Assembly: GCF_037042905.1 (NCBI RefSeq)
Contig: NC_087245.1
Coordinates: 34,288,001 to 34,352,000 of the forward strand
DNA length: 64,000 bases
Direction: 5' to 3'
Source: Lytechinus pictus
Lineage: Eukaryota
Part shown: piece by piece, positions 1-9,950 of the stretch
How positions within the stretch are numbered: the stretch's first letter is position 1
Layout of the letters: each line of letters opens with the position of its first letter
Program-made: the position numbers and the translations under genes
Notes under the pieces: generated by a model
Told to the model about the DNA's origin: nothing
The model's input: only the letters and a program-made list of their open reading frames with translations
Database searches by the model: none

Positions 1-168
1 TTAATTCGTTGCAAAAACATATTTGAAATCAATTGCAAATTTCTGATGCTGATTTACATTGGAAGTAAAGTAGACCATCAATCAAGAGCACAATTGAATT
101 CAATTACAATATTGCTTTAGGACCCAAAATTGACTTGCAATAACTGCAAGTCAATTGGAACACCCCAG
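1..168. mobile_element. Probable right end of a MITE (TTGCAA-rich, ending ...CACCCCAG)
   Basis: Repeated TTGCAA/CAATTG motifs and a CCCCAG terminus. The other end is outside the window. Confidence 0.35.
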
Positions 169-174
169 TAGTTT

Positions 175-560
175 GTTTCATCTGCAGTCAGACACCGGTG
201 CTTCTCAGCCAAACAAATCCAAGGAAAATAGTCAGATGATCACAGCTCCTACTATGGTAAGATTTAATGTCGGATAAAGCAGGACTTGTCAGATATTTTC
301 AGAGACCGTAAGAACTGCGCTTCTCAGTCGATCACCGAAAGTTGTCAGATCTGTCAACTTGTCGACCTGAGGAGCATCTCATGAAAGGACTTGTCAGATG
401 TTTTTAATCCTCTTTTACCAGACATAGGAACTGTGCTCAGCCAATCATATTCAAGAAAATTTGTCAGTTCTGTTTTATCCAACAGGAATTTTGCTTCTCT
501 TCCAATCAAAGACAAGGAGGATTGTCAGATCCGACACTTTGTCGACCTGACAACTTATTG
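175..560. repeat. Tandem degraded copies of a TTGTCAGAT/AGCCAATCA MITE-like repeat
   Basis: Recurrent ttgtcagat, gcttctcagcc and ttgtcgacctga units; related fragments near 22233 and 33840. Confidence 0.5.
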
Positions 561-597
561 GACGACAAACGCCTGCCTGCGTCATGGAGTTACTTAC

Positions 598-807
598 TTT
601 GATAGGGTGACTGGTGTATGGAGTGGAAGTGGGCAGTGGTGAGGATTGCTTGCCGGTGGGTGACGATGCCTTGATGTTAACATCGTTTGGTGATGACTGC
701 CCGCCTCCGTTGCGTGCATTGTTCTGTTGGCTTCCTTTGTTAGGGTTCTTTGGCTTCCTCTTTCGTGTCTGAATACCATCCTTTTTCATCGCTAGAGGGC
801 GGTTTAC
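598..807 (-). CDS. gatae: gatae coding exon 5, basic tail/NLS: VNRPLAMKKDGIQTRKRKPK...TSHPIK; gene continues past the window start
   Basis: Acceptor ttcatctgtag, donor AAA|GTAAGT; 210 nt. RPLAMKKDGIQTRKRKPK is GATA4/5/6-type. No stop codon is reached. Confidence 0.93.
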
Positions 808-817
808 CTACAGATGA

Positions 818-906
818 AATAATAATAATAACAACATCGACAATTATAATTATAATAATGATAATAATAATAATATTAATAATAATAATATTAATAATAA
901 TAATAG
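818..906. repeat. (TAA)n microsatellite next to the exon 5 acceptor
   Basis: Imperfect trinucleotide run seen directly. Confidence 0.85.
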
Positions 907-2039
907 CGATAACCACAGAAACACGACATGATTGACATAAATACATTAGTATAGTCCTTATCCGACAGGCGTTCTCTTATTAATCAAAGCGCAAAGGGAC
1001 ATGACAGAAATCCATTTTGTACTGATAAATAATTCTCTTGATTTTCCTAAGTGATATATGCCTATTTTTGTAAGGAATACATTCCATGGCTGGTGAACTA
1101 TATTATTCCTGTCATTTTTTTAAAATATCTATTGAGGATTTCGATTCGTCATCTCTGATGATCTAAGTGATGTGCATCTTCTAGACTTAATTCCCTTCTT
1201 TTCAAAACAAAGATTATTATTATTTGGTTTACAGAAATATCAAGAGAAAAAAATCTTCTTACAGTTTCAAGTATGATATGTTATGAAGATGAAATGAATA
1301 GCAATTATCTTTGATATACAGGTAAATGGTTTATAAAGGAAGAAAAAATTCTATCAAAATTTTAAGTTTACCCAAGGTAGAGTCTATTCATGACAATTTT
1401 GTATAATAGTAAACTTTTGAGATAAGGCCGAAACGTTTTCCTTTACAATGGTTTGTTCTGCTCTTTTTTATTGATGTCTATTGAATAAACCATTAAATGA
1501 AATGAAATAACGTCAATCCCGATTCGCAATGCAAATCTTTAAACTTAGAAAAATAGTAATTAAAAAAAAAGTTTGTCTGTCGTCTAAACTTCCATCTCCC
1601 TGGTTAAAAATAATAAAAAGACCATAATATTGTGTAACATGGTCCGGTCAAACAATGTCCTTTTACAATGACCCCAGAGCTGGCAAGGTCACTCATCTAT
1701 TTGGTGCTAATCAAAAAGACCTAAGGAAACCGGAGGATGTCCACTACGGTCACTTTTCACTGATATTACGAAACAAATTGTCTATTATCATCCTCAACAA
1801 GCGATAAGTCGAGATAGTAAGGGATATTTCGTTTGTTTTGGAAGTCAGTTGTACTTTTAATGAGGTAAACCTGCAGTTCAACATCAAAAAGTATATCGTA
1901 TTGACATGATCAAGGGCAACATTAGTCTCATCTCATTTTCCTCTGTAATATGGATATTCGATCTTAAAATAATCATTACCTTATTATATTTCAATCACTT
2001 TCATTATACCAACAAAATAAGTTAGTAATACTTGCTTAC

Positions 2040-2250
2040 GTAACGCATAACAACTCTTTATCCGAAGTACCTAATAAGCGCTCTACACGAAATGCAGCAA
2101 ATAACAAAGCTGTTGTTATATGCATTCAGTGTTAATTCCTGCCAGGTACCATTTACCTCACCTGGGTTGGGTGCAGCACAAATGGATCAATGTATTGCTG
2201 AAGGAGATTCATCAGAGCTGGGATTTAAACCCATGACCCTCTGTAAGTGG
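2040..2250 (-). mobile_element. Degraded SINE copy (same family as 30535-30841)
   Basis: Reverse complement of the core TGCTGCAC.CAACCCAGGTGAGGT.AATGG.TACCTGGCAGGAAT, plus a B-box remnant. Confidence 0.8.
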
Positions 2251-2318
2251 CTCATCTTCAAAATAACGGCTAAATATCAAAGATTGGAGCAAAAAGGGTG
2301 AGAGATTAATATACTTAC

Positions 2319-2447
2319 ACCGTGTAATTTGAAGTACAATCCACAAGCATTGCAAACCGGTTCACCGTCTTTATTCCTACGCCATAATGTTGTAGTGCTG
2401 GTGTGGCAGTTAGCACATGTGATTCCCTCTCGTCTTGAGCCAGACTG
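2319..2447 (-). CDS. gatae: gatae coding exon 4, C-terminal GATA zinc finger: [43 protein letters not shown]
   Basis: Acceptor ttttcag, donor GGT|GTAAGT; 129 nt, phase 0-0. TTTLWRR...[15 protein letters not shown] is the GATA4/5/6 signature. Confidence 0.97.
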
Positions 2448-2927
2448 CTGAAAATTATTGGAGAAAAAAAATGAGTGAAAAATGACCGGAGATAACAAAA
2501 AGAAATAATAATAAAAAAGAAACAAATCAACACCCCCCTCCCCCCGAAAAAAACATCGAGTATGTTGGTATTGGATATTTATTTCTTGAATATTATTATC
2601 TCCAGGCGTATTGACTGTTTAGTATATAAGCAACTAGGGGCAGATATAAGGGTTTGTGGTTATACCCCCCCCCAAAAAAAAAAAAAATTATAATAATAAT
2701 AACAATAATAATAATAATAAAATGAAATAAAATGAAAAATAAAATAAATAATAAATAAAATTAAAAAAAATTACGAGTAAGAATAGGAGAAAAGGACATG
2801 AAAATTGTGAAATATATGTTAATCTTTATGTTTATTATGTTTATATTCTCAGTTAATTACAGTGTTTTCCATGTTAATTAATATCTACTCATTACTTGTT
2901 GATGTTGATTTTCTATACATTGCTTAC

Positions 2928-3073
2928 CAGTCTCCTTGGGTTTTTGATGAGAGGTCGGTTGTACCCATTCATCTTATGGTAGAGGCCGCATGCATTACAC
3001 AGGTAGTGGCCCGTACCATCACGGCGCCACAGTGGGGTTGAGATGGCGCCGCAGTTCACGCACTCACGACCCA
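2928..3073 (-). CDS. gatae: gatae coding exon 3, N-terminal GATA zinc finger: [48 protein letters not shown]
   Basis: Hand translation of the minus strand gives C-x2-C-x17-C-x2-C. Acceptor caatttgcag, donor CTG|GTAAGC; 146 nt, phase 1-0. Not in the ORF track. Confidence 0.97.
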
Positions 3074-3430
3074 CTGCAAATTGATAAAACGATGAACAAA
3101 AAGTTAATTACATGAAACAATAATCATGATTCAATAAAGGGATATATCTTTCATGATGAATATTACATATTTCAGTGAGATATAATCCCCAACTTCATTT
3201 ACATCGTCGTGGAAGTATTGTTGTAGAAGTAGGAGGTCTGAAGTATTTTTTTACCTATAGATCATGATAATATAAGTGGTTGATTGCTGCAACATCAAAT
3301 CTGTTTTAAATGTTATATATATTTTTTCTAATTCATGTTTTATATTTCTCATTTGACAGAGTTTGACATTTGTTTTACAAACAAAAACAACACTAATGCA
3401 TGATATAAATTTACAAGTAACATAATTACA

Positions 3431-3753
3431 CACTGCAAAAACTCCGGTGTTGATTTAACACTAGCCCGGAATCTATATAATTATGTCCACACCACAGAAG
3501 TATTGAAACAACACCAGTTTGGAATCAAATCGATGCTGTTTTGATATTAATTGGTGTTGTATAAAGACCTATCTGGTGTTAGACCAAAACGAAACTGGTG
3601 TAGTTTAACACTTCTCTGCAGGTGTGAAAATATATAGATTCCGGGTTGTGTTAAATCAACACCGGAGTTTTTGCAGTATGTAATTATGTTACTTGTAAAT
3701 TTATATCATGCATTAGTATTGTTTTTGTTTGTAAAACAAATGTTTTTGCAGTG
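3431..3753. mobile_element. CACTG...CAGTG MITE (EnSpm/CACTA-like) with 2-bp CA TSD and an internal inverted copy of its flank
   Basis: ~48-bp TIRs (CACTGCAAAAACTCCGGTGTTGATTTAACAC...); CA at 3429-3430 and 3754-3755. Confidence 0.85.
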
Positions 3754-3881
3754 CACCATCAGTCATGCAAGGTATAAAGTTAAAGCTTGATTTAAATCCA
3801 AGAAATAAAATGAGACCTTTATACATCTCCAAATAGATTTAAGAGAAAAGGGACTAAAATTGTATTTTGACTATTACTTAC

Positions 3882-3947
3882 GTCCATATTCATTAGGCCA
3901 GACGGCTGTATATCCTTCCATATTCTTCATCATCTGAGCTTCTGCTT
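3882..3947 (-). CDS. gatae: gatae coding exon 2, 66 nt: (E)AEAQMMKNMEGYTAVWPNEYG(L)
   Basis: Acceptor tttcaatgtgcag, donor GAC|GTAAGT, phase 1-1 with no stops, bridging exon 1 and the N-finger exon. Not in the ORF track. Confidence 0.8.
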
Positions 3948-4066
3948 CTGCACATTGAAAAAAATAAAAAATAAATGTTTTGTTTAGCCAACAATATCAA
4001 TTCAATTTAAAAAAGAGAGCAATATTTAGGAATAGTTTGTGACCCTACAAACAATTGTAGGGTCAC

Positions 4067-7000
4067 GATTTTTTTTTTCTTTTTTCATTTTTTCTCTTGT
4101 ATGTTTCATTTGTTTCTCGTCTCCCTCTCTTCTATCCTACAACATTCACATAGTCGTAATGATCGTTTTTGTATCTGGTCTGGTTCGGGTTTCTTATCTC
4201 TTCTCTTCCCATTTTACTCTTCTTCCTTTAAACTTGTATTGTCTTTTTCTCTTGCACAGCATACTTTAATTCCTTCCGTTTCCCTCTTCTTGCACAGCAA
4301 CAGGAGCAGGAGCATGGCGGCGTGCATGTCTATTCTTAGCGTATCTAGTGTAATTCTTCCCGGCTCCGACGGCTGATATGTCTGACTTTCCATTCAGCTC
4401 GTTATGCAACGATGACCTGTTGTCTCTTTCATCACAACACGGCGCTACGTTAGAAAACCCCTATTATGATGCTTATATAAAAAACTACCTGAATAATAAT
4501 ACTGCTGATCTTAACTCAAACTTTGACCCAAATGACCCATGCGGGCAGCTTAATACTTCACAGTATTTTACAGAACAAAACTTTAAATCTTTCATTAATT
4601 CTAGCAGTCTTGAAGAAGATATTTTTCTTCTCCATCTTAATATTCGTAGTGCCAAGAAAAATTTCGACAAATTAAAATTATTTCTTGATAATAATCAGTT
4701 TCCCAAACACTCAATCATTGGATTAACTGAAACGTGGTTTTCGGAAAATCCTTGTTCTCTTTTTGAACTCTCTGATTTTAATCTAGTTGTTAATAACAGA
4801 ACTCTTAGACCCGGTGGTGGTGTTGCACTTTATATACCCCAACAATACGAATATAATCTTGTAAATAATATGACTTTATCCAGTGAATCTTTAGAATCAC
4901 TCTTTGTAGAAATCATCAACCCAAAAGGAAAAAATCTGATACTGGGAGTTTTATACCGACCTCCAAATTCAAATACTCAACATTTTCTGGAAACCCTCAA
5001 TGAGTTTTTAATCAATCCATTTCTTAAAAATAAAGAATGTTTTTTTATGGGGGACTTCAACATCAAGTTAATAAATTGTAACACTAACAATACCTCACAA
5101 GAGTTCCTCGAAATGTTCTTGACTAATTCTTTCTTACCACTAATTACTAAACCAACGAGAGTAACTAGCACTTCTGCAACTATTATAGATAATATTTTTA
5201 GTAATGTAACTTACCCTACCCCCACAGCTGGTATAGTCCTTAGTGATATTTCTGATCACTTTTCAATTTTTGCGAAGTTGTCTAAAAATAAACTTTTTAA
5301 GAATGAATCATATAATACTTCCTATCGTAAAATAACCGATGATAGCATTTCCCATTTAATTAATGATTTAGACAATACAGACTGGTCGACCATTTTTGAC
5401 TCCACAGACGTTGATGTAGCTTACGATTCTTTTATAACCAAATTAACGTCTTCTTTAGATACCCATGTTCCTCTTATTACCAACCGAAAATCAAATTATA
5501 AAAAGATCCCAATACATCCCTGGATTACTAAATCTCTCTTACGATCTATTAACCGTAAAAATAACCTTTATTACAAATATATCTCTAAACCAAGCGAAAA
5601 CTCTCGCTCTAAGTACACTTGTTATAAAAACACCCTTACCACATTATTACGTATTGCCAAAAGGGAATACTACACTTCTAAATTAAACATCTACAAAAAT
5701 GATATGAAAAATACATGGAAGATTATCAATAATGTACTGAACAAAAAGAAAAAAAGCTCTACAATCACAAAAATAAAATCAAACAATACTATCACAGACG
5801 ACACTGATATAATCACAAGAGAGTTCAATTCGTATTTTTCAAATGTTGGCAACAACTTGGCTAAAAATATTCCTCGAACTAACAAATCTTTTTCCGATTT
5901 CCTCGACGACCCTAACCCCAATTCCATGTTTTTTAATCCTACTAATTCGATGGAAATATTAAATATAGTTAGCAATCTACAGAATAAGAAAAGCCCGGGG
6001 TACGATGGTATACCTAACTTTCTACTAAAAAAAATTATTGCAGCCATCGTTGACCCATTAGTACATATCTTTAACACATCTCTTAGCACTGGACGGGTCC
6101 CCAATAACATGAAAATCTCCAAAGTCATCCCACTGTTCAAAAAGGGTGATAGCCAACTCGTTTCCAACTATCGTCCGATATCCTTACTAACCTCACTTTC
6201 TAAAATTCTAGAAAAACTTGTCCATACCAGAACAAGTGCTTTTTTCAAATTACACACATTTTTTTCAAACTTCCAATTTGGATTCCGTGAAAACCATAGT
6301 ACTTCCCATGCAATTTTATCATTTATTAATAAAGTCACCACTTCCATCGATAATAGTTGTCATACTGTCGGTATTTTCCTGGACTTCTCCAAGGCCTTCG
6401 ACACTATAAACCATGAAATTCTTCTTCATAAACTACGTCATTATGGAGTTAGAGGGAAGGCCTTGGAGTGGTTCAGGAGCTACCTCACTGATAGGACCCA
6501 ATTTGTATCAGTAAATAATAACATTTCATCTACTCTTCCAATTACTTGCGGTGTCCCCCAGGGTAGCCTACTAGGCCCACTTCTTTTTATTACTTATATC
6601 AATGATATAAAAAATACATCAGATTTACTTTCATTTATACTTTTTGCTGACGACTCCAATATTTTCTTTTCCCATGATGATATTAACCAACTCGTTAGAA
6701 TCATAAATTCTGAACTAACAAATGTTACAGATTGGATCAAGGCCAACAAACTTTCGCTTAATCACCAGAAAACAAACTACATGCTTTTTAGTAATAAAAT
6801 CAATACTCTACCAGACAGTATTTTCTTTGATAATTTCGTTCTTAATAATGTTTCCACTACCAGATTCTTGGGTGTCCTTATCGACAACAAATTATCCTGG
6901 AAGCCTCATATCGATAGTACATGTAAAACAATTTCTAGAAATATTGGAATTATTAATAAACTCAAACATTTTCTCCCTTCTCGAACTTTGTTAACACTAT

Positions 7001-7900
7001 ACTACACACTTATTCTACCATATATTAATTACGGAATAATTGCCTGGGGATGTGCAATACAAACACAACTAAATAGAATATTACTTCTCCAGAAAAAAGC
7101 TCTAAGAATAATTTTTCAAACACACTTTAGATCACATACTGATATCTTATTTTTTGAAAATAACATCCTCAAAGTAAGTGACATATATCTCTTCGAACTA
7201 AGTCAATTTATGTTCAAATTAAGCAAGGACGATCTCCCCACTATTTTCTCAAATATGTTCCATAAAAATGCATCCGTACACTGTTACCCAACAAGGCAAC
7301 GACAATATTATCATCTCCCATTAACAAGAACTCTATTTGCAAAGAATTCATTTGTCTTTTCCGGGCCTGCCTACTGGAACTCTCTGCCTCAAGATTTTAA
7401 AGAATCCCCTAATATAAATATTTTTAAACGCAAACTGAAAAAAATGTTAATATTGCAATACTCGTTGCAAGCAGATCATGCTGAATAACTGAATATTATT
7501 TGTTATTACTGTTTTCTTCTTAAAATTGCAACTAGCCAAAGTACCTGCTCCTGCTGCCCGCTTTCTTTCTATGTTATGTACCCTGCACTTCTCTGTCCCT
7601 CCCCTCTTCTCCCCCTCACATTCCCCCTCTCTCCCTAATGCTATTTTTTTTTAATGTAACTAAGTTTATTTAGGGGCTTGCCTTTTGTACAAGCTTAGCT
7701 TTTTTCGGCAAGACCCTCCGTTTTACTTTAAAATACAATTGTCATACAAGGTAATTTTATTTATTGAATTGTGTTCCTTAAATCTAAGATTATGTTATGT
7801 ATATTTTATTACGTCTTGCATTATTTTCGACCTTGTTTTGTTATACTTATCATGCTTATGTTGTGAAACGGAAATCAATAAATCAAATCAAATCAAATCA
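4067..7900 (+). mobile_element. Apparently intact non-LTR retrotransposon (CR1/L2 group, Crack/Daphne-like), antisense within gatae intron 1
   Basis: Single long APE+RT ORF, ~400-nt 3' UTR with a stem-loop, AATAAA and an (AAATC)n tail ending ~7900. 5' boundary approximate; no TSD found. Confidence 0.9.
4378..7488 (+). CDS. LINE ORF2: apurinic endonuclease + reverse transcriptase (1036 aa)
   Basis: APE motifs NIRS, LTETW, GGGVALY, YRPP, MGDFNI, IDNIF, SDH. RT motifs NYRPISLL, QFGFR, FLDFSKAFD, GVPQGSLLGP, FADD. No stops or frameshifts. Confidence 0.95.
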   Translation: MSDFPFSSLCNDDLLSLSSQHGATLENPYYDAYIKNYLNNNTADLNSNFDPNDPCGQLNTSQYFTEQNFKSFINSSSLEEDIFLLHLNIRSAKKNFDKLKLFLDNNQFPKHSIIGLTETWFSENPCSLFELSDFNLVVNNRTLRPGGGVALYIPQQYEYNLVNNMTLSSESLESLFVEIINPKGKNLILGVLYRPPNSNTQHFLETLNEFLINPFLKNKECFFMGDFNIKLINCNTNNTSQEFLEMFLTNSFLPLITKPTRVTSTSATIIDNIFSNVTYPTPTAGIVLSDISDHFSIFAKLSKNKLFKNESYNTSYRKITDDSISHLINDLDNTDWSTIFDSTDVDVAYDSFITKLTSSLDTHVPLITNRKSNYKKIPIHPWITKSLLRSINRKNNLYYKYISKPSENSRSKYTCYKNTLTTLLRIAKREYYTSKLNIYKNDMKNTWKIINNVLNKKKKSSTITKIKSNNTITDDTDIITREFNSYFSNVGNNLAKNIPRTNKSFSDFLDDPNPNSMFFNPTNSMEILNIVSNLQNKKSPGYDGIPNFLLKKIIAAIVDPLVHIFNTSLSTGRVPNNMKISKVIPLFKKGDSQLVSNYRPISLLTSLSKILEKLVHTRTSAFFKLHTFFSNFQFGFRENHSTSHAILSFINKVTTSIDNSCHTVGIFLDFSKAFDTINHEILLHKLRHYGVRGKALEWFRSYLTDRTQFVSVNNNISSTLPITCGVPQGSLLGPLLFITYINDIKNTSDLLSFILFADDSNIFFSHDDINQLVRIINSELTNVTDWIKANKLSLNHQKTNYMLFSNKINTLPDSIFFDNFVLNNVSTTRFLGVLIDNKLSWKPHIDSTCKTISRNIGIINKLKHFLPSRTLLTLYYTLILPYINYGIIAWGCAIQTQLNRILLLQKKALRIIFQTHFRSHTDILFFENNILKVSDIYLFELSQFMFKLSKDDLPTIFSNMFHKNASVHCYPTRQRQYYHLPLTRTLFAKNSFVFSGPAYWNSLPQDFKESPNINIFKRKLKKMLILQYSLQADHAE

Positions 7901-9256
7901 ATTAGAAACTTGGTTCGTTAATATATATTTATGCTAATTTACTTTATTCTAGGGGCTTGTGCCATGGTATTTTGATGGGAGGGGACAAGGTCGGGGCGGG
8001 GGGGGGGGGGAACACATAAAGATGACGTTATTTTCTACTTGAATGACTAACAGGTGTAGAATAGAGTGGCACGACTCACATCCCTTTTTTACATCTTTCC
8101 TGCTTCCCTCTTATTTTTTTCTGTTTTCTCCTTATATATAATTTCAAAAAAAAATTAAATTACCTTACTGAGGTAATTTCATCCTATAATGAAGCAATTA
8201 TTACATTCAGTATAACAAATCCATATTATACAAAATAAATGAATATTTGAATAAATGGATGAATAAATAAACAAAATAAATAAAACATAAATGAATAAAT
8301 AATAAACAATAATAAATAAATGAATGAAATGATAGATGAATGAATAGATTAATATACATCCCTTACTTAAACCGAATCGGCTTATAAAGTATCAAATTAT
8401 TTCCTGTCAAAATATTACATGCATTGACTGAAACTTTTATACTTGTATTCCCATATGAAAACTAAAAAAATGTGAATGCGACCATAATCTTCAATATCTT
8501 ATCTATACATCTTAAAACGTAGGAATATTTGTAATAATAAACTTCTGTTTTCATATCACATTATTCATGTTATTAACAAAACCGGGAACAAAAATTGATA
8601 ATCCAGGATGAGATATCCAAAATCGTCAGATAATGTAGCCAAAATTGAACATTTATTTCGTCTTTTTTTAAGTGAGCAGTATCCTTGGAGGAACTATATA
8701 CTCGAAAAAATTGGTGTATGTTTTTTTTAATTTCATATCGTTTATGTTATACATGTGAAAAAAGTATATATACATGTATGTATTCCCATTAAGAATTTCG
8801 GGAATGTAACCATATTCTTTCCAAAAAAATATCATTCCATTATTCGAAAATCCACTTTTCACAAAAGGTGAATTATTACAGCCATGCAATGCCTGTGGTC
8901 TGTCACTTTTCGAAGCAATTATGTCTAAAAGCTTTTTAAGAACTTTGCAAACTTCACTCATGAAATCTTCACTCATACAAATTTCACTCATCACACAGTT
9001 TAGACGAACTGCCCGGTAAAGAACTAATTTTACGACATCATATACCTGTATACTGTTTTTCGTATACAGTCGTAAATTTTGATGCCATATAGAAATCGCA
9101 GTCGCCGTATCTTACTGTTATGTATTTTACGTTTTGTATACAGGCCTATAAGTGATTTGTTTGTTTGTTTTATTTTTATCAATATACCATCAGCTTTTAG
9201 TCATTTTCATAATTGTACCAACAGCCATTTGTTTTCATTTAGCAATTGAAATAAGT

Positions 9257-9950
9257 TTGATCAATTTCAATTCAGTTTAATTTATTCATTTTCCCATCAA
9301 TATAAAAACAATTATATACCAGAATGAAAGTTGCATGTATAAGAGAAAAACGGAAACTCCTGAAAAGTTTATAAAAACTTGTGAGTTGAAGCTTCCAGTA
9401 AAGTAAGGTAAAATACATACTAAGAAAATTAAATGAAAAATATTCGACAGCTTCCACAATACATACAACAGTACAAGGGGGACGGGGGTGGTAAATGAAG
9501 AATTTGGCATGAAAAAATTACTTTGAATATTCACTTATGTACACGATTTTTTTAACTTGGTTAATAGCTTAACACTTGATATCGTCAGAAAAAATGTTCC
9601 ATATACGAGGAACAGTATGCCTTAATGAATTAAGTAGAATTTGTGTGTTAACTTTGAGATAGTGACATTTATTAAGGCTTATTATTTTCACGGGTCTTCT
9701 GATCATGGATCCTATTAGTTTTAATAGGGTTGATGTTGACAGGGAGAAAAGCAAATTTTAAAACATACATCGTGTACATACTGCAAACAAATTTTGACAA
9801 ATATTTCAGAGGGTTTGATCTCTTTTGGTATATTTTCCACATACTTTTTGGTGAACGGCATATTGAATTTCGAGCAATTCTCGTATGTATGAAGTAAACA
9901 CCTCATTAATCCATTATAGCAAAATATTGTCACTTGGGGCGATACAATGA
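9257..9950 (-). mobile_element. Degraded 3' fragment of a CR1/L2-group LINE
   Basis: Peptide NSLRHTVPRIWNIFSDDIK resembles the ORF2 C-terminus (compare NSFVFSGPAYWNSLPQDFK in 4378-7488). AATAAA and a TTGAA-type tail near 9257-9290. Confidence 0.45.

Noticed and set aside
4101..4376. 91-aa ORF as LINE ORF1
   Set aside because: It is low-complexity pyrimidine-rich sequence with no RRM, PHD, zinc knuckle, esterase or coiled-coil features.
4299..7556. 5'-3' UTR pairing in the LINE (CAGGAGCAGG versus CCTGCTCCTG)
   Set aside because: Only 10 nt of complementarity, which is insufficient without covariation data.
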